Below are positions 1-9,900 of a DNA stretch of 40,349 nt, in pieces. Source of the stretch: a virus. The notes under the pieces are model-generated. The model did not search any database and was not told the origin of the DNA. It saw only the letters and a program-made list of their open reading frames with translations. Every line of letters begins with the position of its first letter. The first letter of the stretch is position 1. The stretch spans positions 1 to 40,349 of the IMG/VR virus record IMGVR_UViG_3300037882_000094. One strand, written 5' to 3'. Both the position numbers and the translations under genes were made by a program.

Positions 1-927
<927 letters not shown>

Positions 928-1275
928 TTAGCGAGTGACCTCTCCTCTGACAACAAACTTTCCTTCAAGAACTCTAGTGACAACACTGTTAGAGGTTTGA
1001 GTTAATTCTAAATCATAAGTATGACGACCAGCAGGTAAATCAGTAGTGTTAGCTGCTGTTAAAGATAAAGTTACAGTACCATTTGAGGAAAAAGATATTC
1101 TACTATTAGCAGTAGTTAATTCAATAAGAACAGTGCTAGCGTTAAGAAAAGAACGAACTTGCATTTTACCTGTATAGTTGCCAACTAAATTCCAAGGAGT
1201 GCCATCAGTTTTAATTGTAAAAGTTAAACTGAAGGTAGCACCCTGGTCACAGACCATATTGTATCTACCTGACAT
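928..1275 (-). CDS. Beta-rich virion-associated protein (Ig/FN3-like, function unknown)
   Basis: 115-aa ORF whose stop abuts the collagen-gene ATG (TAAATG). The C-terminal pattern ...GRHTYDLELTQ...LEGKFVVRGEVTR is of the kind seen in fibre-associated beta-sandwich domains. It lies in the tail module. Confidence 0.55.
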   Translation of the reverse strand: MSGRYNMVCDQGATFSLTFTIKTDGTPWNLVGNYTGKMQVRSFLNASTVLIELTTANSRISFSSNGTVTLSLTAANTTDLPAGRHTYDLELTQTSNSVVTRVLEGKFVVRGEVTR

Positions 1276-1433
1276 TATTTCTTCTTTCTTGCCACAGCAG
1301 CATTGTCAACTAAGTTTGGATACTTTCTTCCTGCAGCTTTAGCGCGAGCCTTAGCACTTTTGATCTGTGCTGGTGTTAATTTCTTAGAAGTTTTCTTAGG
1401 GTTCTTCTTATCCCAAAATGCTTTTTGTTTCAC
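1275..1433 (-). CDS. Small very basic protein (52 aa)
   Basis: Hand translation checked triplet by triplet: VKQKAFWDKKNPKKTSKKLTPAQIKSAKARAKAAGRKYPNLVDNAAVARKKK. The GTG start overlaps the upstream stop (GTGGTGA) and the stop overlaps the downstream ATG (TAATG). 18 of 52 residues are Lys/Arg. There is no ATG, so the start is uncertain. Confidence 0.45.
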   Translation of the reverse strand: MKQKAFWDKKNPKKTSKKLTPAQIKSAKARAKAAGRKYPNLVDNAAVARKKK

Positions 1434-1693
1434 CACTTCACCTTATTCGCCCAGTACGCTGCAGACATTTTGCCTTTAGCAATATTTTTTGCGTGTCTTG
1501 CTTTAAAAGATTTTTGACGTGCTGTAGGTTTTCTGTCCCCAGTTACACCTTGTTGTCCAAAGCGGATTGTCTTAACCTGTGAACCAGACTTAGCCACAAC
1601 AACGTGTGACTTAGTAGGATGGCTAGGGGTCCGCTTTGGCTTGTTATAGCCAGAGACTCCAGCACGTTTTAAACGTGAGTCTTTTGGCTGCAT
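1430..1693 (-). CDS. Small basic conserved-looking phage protein (87 aa)
   Basis: Track ORF. YNKPKRTPSHPTKSHVVVAKSG..VKTIRFGQQG...SFKARHAKNIAKGKMSAAYWANKVKW resembles a family I recall from marine/freshwater phages and giant viruses. I have not verified this. Confidence 0.65.
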   Translation of the reverse strand: MQPKDSRLKRAGVSGYNKPKRTPSHPTKSHVVVAKSGSQVKTIRFGQQGVTGDRKPTARQKSFKARHAKNIAKGKMSAAYWANKVKW

Positions 1694-1695
1694 AA

Positions 1696-1836
1696 TTACT
1701 TCTTTGGTTTCTTAGGTGTTGCTTTAACAATGCTAGATGGCTTTGGTGCAATTGGCATACCCATTGGGTTATTGCCCATAGCGTTAGCCATAGCGTGATC
1801 TAGATTAGGATAGTTACATCCACAAGTTGCACACAT
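1696..1836 (-). CDS. Small protein (46 aa) with an N-terminal CxxCxC motif and a basic tail
   Basis: Hand translation checked: MCATCGCNYPNLDHAMANAMGNNPMGMPIAPKPSSIVKATPKKPKK. It is tightly packed between neighbours (TAAT-ATG upstream, TAATT-ATG downstream). Confidence 0.45.
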   Translation of the reverse strand: MCATCGCNYPNLDHAMANAMGNNPMGMPIAPKPSSIVKATPKKPKK

Positions 1837-1837
1837 A

Positions 1838-1999
1838 TTATTTCTTCTTCCTTTTTGCTTTGCCAGCTTCTGATAAAGCTATAGCAATTGCTTGCTTCTT
1901 TGATTTAACAACTGGACCCTTTTTACCTGAGTGTAAAGTTCCAGCTTTATATTCTTTCATTACTTTAGAAATCTTTTTCTGTCCTTTAGACTTCTTCAT
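1838..1999 (-). CDS. Small basic protein (53 aa) with a KxxKQAIAIALSEAGK motif
   Basis: Hand translation checked: MKKSKGQKKISKVMKEYKAGTLHSGKKGPVVKSKKQAIAIALSEAGKAKRKKK. The HSG...K(Q)AIAIALSEA motif matches a widespread small-protein family that I believe is a DUF6496-type family. This needs HMM confirmation. Confidence 0.6.
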   Translation of the reverse strand: MKKSKGQKKISKVMKEYKAGTLHSGKKGPVVKSKKQAIAIALSEAGKAKRKKK

Positions 2000-2106
2000 T
2001 ATTTCTTCTTGCCCATTTTCTTCATTTTAGCTGCTGGTTTCATTTTCTTATCCATCATCTTTGAAGACATTGCTTTTTTGCCTTTAGGCATTTTTTTACC
2101 GTACAT
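1999..2106 (-). CDS. Lys/Met-rich mini-protein (35 aa)
   Basis: Hand translation checked base by base: MYGKKMPKGKKAMSSKMMDKKMKPAAKMKKMGKKK (15 Lys and 8 Met in 35 residues). A GGAG lies 8 nt upstream of the ATG, 3 nt after the upstream stop. The stop overlaps the next ATG (TAATG). Confidence 0.45.
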   Translation of the reverse strand: MYGKKMPKGKKAMSSKMMDKKMKPAAKMKKMGKKK

Positions 2107-2109
2107 TGT

Positions 2110-2361
2110 TTACGCTCCGTATGCTTTTCCAGTTTTGTTTGATATATCTATTGCCCTACGTATATCTTTAGTCTTGGTAGTATCAGGTTGAATACCCTGA
2201 GATCTAGCTTGACGATATAACGCAAGTTCATTATCCCACTTCTTAGCTGACATTGTTAGGCGAGTGGAAGCCTCTCCTGCATTTAAATCTACAGTTGCAG
2301 CTTTGCAACCAAAACATCCTTCAACATATTCAGGATGAGTTCTTAGTTGATGTAAAGTCAT
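2110..2361 (-). CDS. Hypothetical head-module protein (83 aa)
   Basis: Track ORF, start/stop coupled with its neighbours. Contains a GCFGC pair. No function recognised. Confidence 0.55.
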   Translation of the reverse strand: MTLHQLRTHPEYVEGCFGCKAATVDLNAGEASTRLTMSAKKWDNELALYRQARSQGIQPDTTKTKDIRRAIDISNKTGKAYGA

Positions 2362-2645
2362 TATTGTCCCTGTAACTTATCAATCTTTAATTCTATTCTT
2401 TGTACTGCATCTTTTAATGAAGAGCCACCATTGTTAGATAGTTCTCCATCAAGTCTATTTAGTCTTTCCATAACACCAGGAACTCTGTCTCTACCTGGTT
2501 CTGCATCTTCGCCTTCCCAGTCTCTACGAAACTTATCAAGCCAAGTTATAAATGTTCTTATTGTTCTAATCGGAACAGCAAGTATTACAGCTACTGCAGC
2601 TATTGCACCTGCAACTGCACCGATAGTTAGCAATGTATTGGTCAT
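2361..2645 (-). CDS. Membrane-anchored protein (94 aa)
   Basis: Track ORF. It has an N-terminal TM helix (TLLTIGAVAGAIAAVAVILAVPI). The ...DWEGE..PGRDRVPGVMERL..L..NGGSSLKDAV.RIE motif is one I recall from actinophage membrane proteins. Confidence 0.55.
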   Translation of the reverse strand: MTNTLLTIGAVAGAIAAVAVILAVPIRTIRTFITWLDKFRRDWEGEDAEPGRDRVPGVMERLNRLDGELSNNGGSSLKDAVQRIELKIDKLQGQ

Positions 2646-2899
2646 CCGAAGTTAGCTTCCGTAATGCCAAGACCAGAAGCAAGAAGCGCGGTCTTTTGAT
2701 TATCGGTAACTTCATATTCGTGACCTCCTGCATAGTATTCGCTAGCAGATTCTATTTGATCAGTGGAAGGAGTTCTGTACTTTTTATAAGTAGAACCAAT
2801 TTTCAAAATACTTACACCACGTGTTAGTTTGTAGCGTGAGAAGAAATATCCTAAAGCTGCTGGACCTTCTTCAACAGTTGGTGGAAAGAATTTTGGCAA
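2642..2899 (-). CDS. Hypothetical head-module protein (85 aa, TTG start)
   Basis: Track ORF. AGGAG lies 6 nt upstream of the TTG at 2899. It is the first gene after the capsid-gene hairpin. Confidence 0.5.
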   Translation of the reverse strand: MPKFFPPTVEEGPAALGYFFSRYKLTRGVSILKIGSTYKKYRTPSTDQIESASEYYAGGHEYEVTDNQKTALLASGLGITEANFG

Positions 2900-2916
2900 T
2901 TGAGTCTCCTAATAGG

Positions 2917-2943
2917 AATAGCCCCCAGTTGCCCAGGGGCTAT
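2917..2943 (-). terminator. Stem-loop immediately downstream of the capsid gene (attenuator / RNA-stability element)
   Basis: AATAGCCCC (2917-2925) and GGGGCTATT (2935-2943) form a perfect 9-bp stem with a 9-nt loop. It starts 14 nt after the capsid stop. No U-tract follows on the minus-sense RNA. Confidence 0.55.
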
Positions 2944-2956
2944 TACATTTATCTAA

Positions 2957-3982
2957 CTACGCAGCGTTGATGCTGGAGCTTGATTCGATTCGGTATAGTG
3001 CTTCTTCGCGATAGCGTTTGAAGCCTAATACTCCGTACCAACCGATTGGGCGCAAGCGCATCAATTTGTCGGTTACGTTTCCGATCACTACGTGTGGTTC
3101 TTCAGCAACTGCTTCTGCAAGTGCTTGTTGACCAGCTAGTATTGTACGGAATACACGAGCACTTGAACCACCATCGGTGGCGTTGTACATACGTGGTGTT
3201 TCGATGAAGTATGCACCTTCGAATGTTCCAATTTCTCCTGCCCAAATTTCAGCATTTGATTGGTATTCGTGAGGCAATCTCCAAGAGGCTGAGCCTGTTT
3301 CTGCACGAAGATCGTGTGAAACTTCTGGGTGTATTGCACACCAGTATAGGCTGCCTTTTCTTGCAACTGCTTTTCCTGCACGCAATTTTGCAACTGCTAG
3401 ACGGATGTCTGCAGCTTTCAAGGTGTGAGCACCAGTAACGTTTGTTGTTGCTGTTGCACGTGTTCCTGAAGCATTGCTTGCGTAGATTACGTTTGTTCCA
3501 GCACGAAGTTCTGTTTGAACAATTTCGTCAATGGAATCAGCCATATTGAAAGCAACGATATTTGCAATCGCTGGATCAACATCTGCTAATGACATTAATT
3601 GCAGTTTGCGAGTGGTTAGAACTGCGTTACCGTATTCGTTAAGAACAACAGTTACTGCAGTTGGAGCACCAATTGCTACTGAATCTGGATCAACTTGCTC
3701 TGATAGAGCAGTTGTTGCTTTGCTTAGATCGCTGTAGATTTGGAATACTACAGATGATCCAGGCATTGATTGTCTGGCTGGACGTTTGTCAGCTACTGAA
3801 CGGAGTAATGGTTGAGAGCGAAGTGCAAACTCAACAAGACGGTCATATGCTTTTTGTACGAGACCTGCACCATTAGATGGTGTGAAGGTACCTACGTTGT
3901 CAGCACTTGAATATTGACCGCCACCAAGACCACCGTTAGTTGCAGAAACGCCACCAGATAATGCGGTATATGCGTTAGGCAT
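2957..3982 (-). CDS. Major capsid protein (HK97 fold, N4-gp56-like pattern)
   Basis: 341-aa ORF directly after an acidic scaffold-like ORF. Sequence blocks (VVFQIYSDLS, LNEYGNAVLTT, IDEIVQTEL) resemble the N4-type capsid family as I recall it. Its position is typical for a capsid gene. Confidence 0.8.
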   Translation of the reverse strand: MPNAYTALSGGVSATNGGLGGGQYSSADNVGTFTPSNGAGLVQKAYDRLVEFALRSQPLLRSVADKRPARQSMPGSSVVFQIYSDLSKATTALSEQVDPDSVAIGAPTAVTVVLNEYGNAVLTTRKLQLMSLADVDPAIANIVAFNMADSIDEIVQTELRAGTNVIYASNASGTRATATTNVTGAHTLKAADIRLAVAKLRAGKAVARKGSLYWCAIHPEVSHDLRAETGSASWRLPHEYQSNAEIWAGEIGTFEGAYFIETPRMYNATDGGSSARVFRTILAGQQALAEAVAEEPHVVIGNVTDKLMRLRPIGWYGVLGFKRYREEALYRIESSSSINAA

Positions 3983-4016
3983 TTTTTTAAGGTTTCCTTA
4001 GTTTAGTAGTTTTAAA

Positions 4017-4484
4017 TTATGACTGTTGATTTATCATATTGATAATTTCTTCAGCTGAAGAAGCTTGATCAATACGAAGCATCGTGTCATCAAAACCAGC
4101 AGGGGATTGAGCATTAGCAGTAATAGCATCTATTTGACGAAGAGCAGATAGATCTGGTCCTTTGTCTTCTTGCTTTGCTACTAATCCAAAGATGTCTGCA
4201 TTTTCCTTAATCCAATTATCAACAGCCTCTGGCGTTGATTCTAAATCGGAAGGAATGAATTTAGCTATCTTTGGGCTTACACCCTTGCTTTCCAAAACTG
4301 ATTTGATTGTACTTTCGCGTTGTACAGAACGAAGTTGTCCTAGTTCGGACTCTAGTTCCTTGATTCGCTTTTCTTTTGCGCGATCTACTTTGCGAAGTTT
4401 CTTAACGAGATCATTTGGTTCTTGGCTATCGTTATCCAATTCCTGATCTTCGTCATCTTCCCAGTCTTGATAATTGTTGCTCAT
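4017..4484 (-). CDS. Scaffolding protein
   Basis: Track ORF 4017-4517. The likely true start is the ATG at 4484 (MSNNYQDWEDDED...), with GGGAG 7 nt upstream. The protein is highly acidic/charged and helical (KKLRKVDRAKEKRIKELESELGQL) and lies immediately upstream of the capsid gene. Confidence 0.7.
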   Translation of the reverse strand: MSNNYQDWEDDEDQELDNDSQEPNDLVKKLRKVDRAKEKRIKELESELGQLRSVQRESTIKSVLESKGVSPKIAKFIPSDLESTPEAVDNWIKENADIFGLVAKQEDKGPDLSALRQIDAITANAQSPAGFDDTMLRIDQASSAEEIINMINQQS

Positions 4485-4603
4485 TGCAACGCTCCCATTC
4501 TTTGTTGTTAGTCGCAAGCCTCACAATAAATCGGGGAAAATATTGTGGCTCTTGCTACCAGTCTTTTACTCCTGCAGAGGCTGGTCGATTCTGCTAGGGG
4601 GTT

Positions 4604-5767
4604 TTAGAAGTTACCTTTAGACTGTTGTCCTAAAGATACTTGGGTTGTGCCAGCAGAGCCTTTAAATGCTGCTTTCTCTGCTTCTTCGGCTTTCTTTCTA
4701 CGTTCAGATTTCAAACCTAAGAATGCTTCTTTCTGAAGTTCTTCTTGAGTTGCTGCTTGGGTTTGATATCTTTCGGCAAGTGTTTGTGCTTGTGGTTCTA
4801 TTTGAGCAAGTGTTTGGAATCCTTGTTGACCTGCAGCATAAGTGTTACTTACACCAGCTTCAGATAACAACTTCTCAACTGCGCCGATACGTTCTTCAGG
4901 AAGAGTGTATCTAGCAGCAGTAGCTCCAGCACGTAGTTGTGCTCTTTTAATATTTGATTCAAGTTTCATTGCTGGATTCTCACCAGACAAAATTGCTTCG
5001 GCAATTTGATTTCTTTGAACTAATGGATCTCCAACACCATATTGGCTGAAGTATCTTCCTAATTCATTCTTAACATCATCTGAGGCATTATCAATCTTAT
5101 TGAAGACATTATTGATTCTATCTTGTGTTTCTGCTGGAGATACCCCACCAGATATTAGTTTAGAAAATGTTTGCTTGTTTGCTAGTCCAGATAAGTTATT
5201 AGCATTTAATAAGTTTGCATAAGCTTCTTCAGCTTGTAAGTATTCTGCAGGAGAATATGCTGGTAGTCCTTTAGCGATTCTTCCTTCATTGCCTTGAAAT
5301 CTAGTTTTATAAGTTGGAGTATTACGAAGTTGTAATGTTGCTTCTGCTGCACTTAAACCTTGTTGTAAGTACTTCTTAATTTCAGGAACTAATTCTTCTA
5401 AGTTATATGCTTTGAATGTATCTTCTAAGATTGCATAAGCACTACGGCGTTCTGCTTCACTTTGAGCTTGAGCATAAGCAATACCTGGATCAACTACATT
5501 TCCTGTAGTAGGTGTTGTACCTTGACCTGCTGGAGTTCCACCTGCAACGCGAGCATTAGCATCAAGTCTTGATTGTAAAGTTCCAAGAAATGCTACAGGA
5601 TTTGTTTTAGCTGTAATGCTAGATACATTATTTCTAATAAAGGCTAACTCATTATTGCTAAGACCTTCACCAGTTTTAGTTGCTTGAGCAATAACTTTTG
5701 CTGCAGCAGGATTAGCTTTGGCAATTGCTTTAGCTTCTTGAGCATTCTTCTTATAATCAGTTGCCAT
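4604..5767 (-). CDS. Virion internal/ejection-type protein (387 aa, function unknown)
   Basis: Track ORF. Ala/Gln-rich, helical, with no enzymatic motif. It lies between the portal and the scaffold. Confidence 0.5.
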   Translation of the reverse strand: MATDYKKNAQEAKAIAKANPAAAKVIAQATKTGEGLSNNELAFIRNNVSSITAKTNPVAFLGTLQSRLDANARVAGGTPAGQGTTPTTGNVVDPGIAYAQAQSEAERRSAYAILEDTFKAYNLEELVPEIKKYLQQGLSAAEATLQLRNTPTYKTRFQGNEGRIAKGLPAYSPAEYLQAEEAYANLLNANNLSGLANKQTFSKLISGGVSPAETQDRINNVFNKIDNASDDVKNELGRYFSQYGVGDPLVQRNQIAEAILSGENPAMKLESNIKRAQLRAGATAARYTLPEERIGAVEKLLSEAGVSNTYAAGQQGFQTLAQIEPQAQTLAERYQTQAATQEELQKEAFLGLKSERRKKAEEAEKAAFKGSAGTTQVSLGQQSKGNF

Positions 5768-6952
5768 TTACATAAATCCCAACTCTGATAAAACTTGAGT
5801 ACTAAAAGTTGCAGCCTTTTCCCTAAACTTAGGGGTGTATTCTGCACCTGGTTTTGTTCCTAAATAATTTTGCCATTCGTCATAGCTTGGAAGTTTTTGT
5901 TGTTGAGATAACCATTTAACATCTGGATCATCCCAAGGGTTTGGAGATAATGATGGAACACCATAGAAATTTGCTTTGAATGATTGATATCCACCAAGTA
6001 CTTCAGATGGTTTATAGCCTGCTTCAATATATGGAGCTAATGCAGGATTTTGTAAAGCAGATAGTTTTTGAATCTTTAATGCAGTATCCTGTAAACCAGT
6101 CTTACTCTTAGCAGTATTTAAAAGATATTCAAGTCTTGTCTTAGGATCTATCTTAACATTATAGTCTGACAATAATGTATCAACTTGTTTTAGGTTAGTT
6201 CCTAGTTGTCCACCAACATTAGCTAATCCTTCAACGGTTACATCTTTACCAATTAAACTTAAAGCAACTTGTTCTTTATCGGCTTCGTCTACACCAGCTT
6301 TAGTTACTACTGTCCTAGTTTTACCACCAGAGGTAGTTGTAGTTTGAGTTTGTACATTTGCTTTTTCTGCAGCATTAAGTTTATTATAAAACTCTTGTGC
6401 TTTCTTTGGATCAGCAACTTGACCTGTTAGATCTGTATAGAACTGATTAAAGTATTGAAGTGCTTCTTGCTTGCTTGTTAGATAGAGTGTTTCATAAACA
6501 GATGCTCCGCCTTTGCCACCTTGCACAGCAGAGTTATCAACGAATTGAGCAATGTCACCTGGTGCGCCAGCAGGATTAGCAACTACTAAAGTTGAATAAG
6601 CATCCCAAGCATCAAGAACTGCTTTTCTATAGTTATCAACTTGTTGCTGAGTATCTAATCTACCATTGGCTTTTATGTTCTTATAGCCAGCTTTAATGAA
6701 TTGATTTTGGACTACTTTAATCTTTTCAGGACTTTGATCAAAGAATAAGGCAAGAGCAGCTTGTTGAGTTACTGGAACCACTTCGGTAATTAATTGATTA
6801 CCTGAATATCTTTTTACAACTTGGTAATAACTTTTACCAGAGGTAGCACCTGTTGCTGTTGGAACAGGAGGCAATGCTTCTGCTGCATCGTCTGGAGTAA
6901 TAACTGGTTGATTAGTTATATCGTCAAGACCGTCTCCGTTTAAGTCTGCCAT
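5768..6952 (-). CDS. Virion internal-type protein (394 aa) with an N-terminal DLNGDGLDD Ca-binding-like motif
   Basis: Track ORF, contiguous with its neighbours with no gap. The N-terminus MADLNGDGLDD resembles DxNGDGxxD calcium loops. Confidence 0.5.
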   Translation of the reverse strand: MADLNGDGLDDITNQPVITPDDAAEALPPVPTATGATSGKSYYQVVKRYSGNQLITEVVPVTQQAALALFFDQSPEKIKVVQNQFIKAGYKNIKANGRLDTQQQVDNYRKAVLDAWDAYSTLVVANPAGAPGDIAQFVDNSAVQGGKGGASVYETLYLTSKQEALQYFNQFYTDLTGQVADPKKAQEFYNKLNAAEKANVQTQTTTTSGGKTRTVVTKAGVDEADKEQVALSLIGKDVTVEGLANVGGQLGTNLKQVDTLLSDYNVKIDPKTRLEYLLNTAKSKTGLQDTALKIQKLSALQNPALAPYIEAGYKPSEVLGGYQSFKANFYGVPSLSPNPWDDPDVKWLSQQQKLPSYDEWQNYLGTKPGAEYTPKFREKAATFSTQVLSELGFM

Positions 6953-9900
6953 TATTCTCCTATTAGTGGATCAAATAAAGTTCTGTATGCTGCTAAAGCT
7001 TGATCATCGCTTCCTGCATATTCGAGCATTAATTCTAAAGCATCTTTTCTAAGGTTCTTACGATAAGCAACTTCCTCATCGGTTCTACCTTGAACTGCTT
7101 GGAATTTAGATGTAAACTCATTGTAGAGTTTCATCATCTTTACTAACTTTTGATTAGAATCTGTATTAGGCATATCGCCTTTTTCATACATATTATAAAG
7201 TTCAGTAATTGTATTCTTCTTAGCTTGATCGTTTCTCACGATATTGTCTAAGTAAACTTGAACGTGTGGGTTCTGTGCTCTGTATTGCTTAGACCAAGAT
7301 TCCCATCTAGCTTGCAATGCTTTCTTCTCAGCAGGAGATTGGGCATTAGTAATATCTAAATCAGAGAAGTTCTTTACTTGTCTCCAGTAGAAGTAATCTT
7401 CAAAAGTATTTGCTTCAGCAGCAAACTTTTCAATAGTCTTCATTTCACTAAAGCCTTGGTCTTGCAAGAAAGCATAAGCTTCTAGATCGTATTTGCCATT
7501 AGATGGAACGATAAATCTAACTGCTTCTGGATAGGCATTAACTAATCTCTTATTGCCCTTAATCCATTCAACAGCTTCTTGAGTAGCTTTAACTGTACCA
7601 ATACCAGTCTTTTCAGATTCTGTTAAAGTATAGATTGCTTTACCTGGAAATAGTTTGCTCCACTTGTATTGAGCTTTATCAATACCTAATGGATCATTAC
7701 CATATTGCTCTACTAGCTTTTGGAACTCAGGTTTTAAGTTAGTAATGTTACTTTGTTCACGTACCCACTCTGGAACATCTAATCCAAAGTCTGCTTGAGG
7801 GGAAGCAGGTGCAACTAAACCAAACATATTTCTAGCAACTACAACATTTCGTGCAGTAGCGTTTACATATTGGTTATACTTCATTACAGCAGCAGCGCGT
7901 TCTTCTCCGCCCTTAACTGCTTGGTCAATAAACTTTTTCATTATGCCATTTGCTGCATAATACATATGTGCTTTACGTACAGCAGAAGCGTATTGAGAAG
8001 CTTTCTCATCAAAATTAAAGAATGAATTATAGAATCTATTAATAGAAGTAGGAAGTAATAGTTCTGGAAGTGTTCTATCTACAGAATACTTACCAAGAAC
8101 TTTCTTTCTAAACGCCATCTGTTCTGATTCAGGCAACCATTGTTCAATAGCCCATATTAATGTTGCAGATATAGGACCACTGAGTGTTGGAATGCCTGCT
8201 TCTGGATCTAATGATGGAGTAAGCATTGACATCTTGCCAGTGAATTGTGCTGGTTGTGGTTGTCTTAGGGCATTTTCTTGACCTAATAATCTCATACCTA
8301 AACCAACAGCAGTAAAGATTATTTCATCACCAGGGTAAACAAAGTATGGTTCACCTTGATCATCTCTGTGAATCCAACCAGTGTCTTCTAAACCTGTAGT
8401 AAGTAATCTAAATTTAGCAATAGCTAATGGATCGTAGCGTACTACTCTGCCAGCTCTTCTATAAAAATCTTCTGTTGCTCTGTAATAACGAGCAAGGTTA
8501 CGCATAGTGAATGCAAGATTTGTTCTAACATTAGGATTATCTACATATTGTAATGTTCTATTTGTAGCCAAATCACCAGCAATATTAGATGCCCACTTGC
8601 TTGCAGTGTTTTCTGCAGCATCTCTAGACATTCCTTGAGCAACATAACGTTCAGCCATATCTGCTTCAGCAGTAATTAAACGTTTACGAAATACTTGATA
8701 GTTTGCAAATAGAGCTGGTTCACGACCAAGCACACTAATCTGCTTACCCATCCAGTTCATAGCCCAGGACATTCCTTTGCCCCAAGCTTCAACTAGATTA
8801 CTTGCTGCTGTAGTAGGAATGTATTTGATACCTAGTATTGTTTCTGGTCTTTCAAGTTTAACAAACTCATCTAGATCTCTAATGGTAAGATTTTCAGCAT
8901 TAATGTCTAATCTTGATTTACCAGTAGTAGGATCTATAACAGTCTTACGTACTTTGTTAATAAGCTTTTCGTTTAATAAACCATTGTTCTTAGTGAATGG
9001 ATGTACGATAAACTTGTATTGTCTTCTAGCAAACTCTTCAGGACCAACAGCTTTGAATAGAACAAACTTGTTCATAATCTCTGGGTTCTTTTTAAAGTTC
9101 TCAACTAAAGCTTTAACAGCTTTATCTTCATTGTATATGTTAGCAAGAACAATTTTGCCCCAACCTAAGTTAGTTTGATGATTCAATCTTAACTTAATTT
9201 GGGTTAACCAACCAATATCAAATCCATAATCACCATTTCTAATGGTGTCAAATTCGCCAGTTGATCTTATTTTAGAAGCAGCTTCTTCAGCTCTAAAGTT
9301 CCATTGAGTAATAGGACCATAGATCTTTTCTGCCCTTAATGCTAATTGATCACTTGCTGCTTCTGTTAAATTAAGAGTTGCTAAAGCACCCTCATTGATT
9401 TCATCTAAAGCAGCAGTTCCATAAGGCAATGAGAACCAGTCATCTACCCAACGCTCTACAGTTTTAGTATCAAAACCACTTAATAACATAACTGCTTTGT
9501 TGCGAGCAACGTTCTTAGCAATTAATGCTGGTAGTTGGCTTGGATCTTGTTGTAAAAGTTTTCTTTGTGCTGGTGTAATCTTTGATTCACCAGAACGTAG
9601 GAATGTTGCCATCATACGATTGATGAAACCAAGACCTGCTTCACCATAAGTTGCATAACGATATTCGTTAGATATCTTCTTACCGATTAATATTCTATGT
9701 AAGTCACCAAATGGAACTGCAATACCGAATAAACCTAATTCTTCAATAGCAGATCTGATACCTAAACGTGGGATAAGGGTAGCCCAGGACCAACCATTAA
9801 CAATCTTTTGTCCTAGATACCTACTTGTACCAATAAGTTTAGAGTTAGCTTCTATTGACCATTTAGCAAAGTTCGGCATAGCAACCTTGTTGCTTAGTTG

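Noticed and set aside
1827-2191. Plus-strand track ORFs 1827-2030 and 2009-2191
   Set aside because: They are hydrophobic, low-complexity translations antisense to tightly coupled minus-strand mini-genes. They have no ribosome site and lie on the wrong strand for this block.
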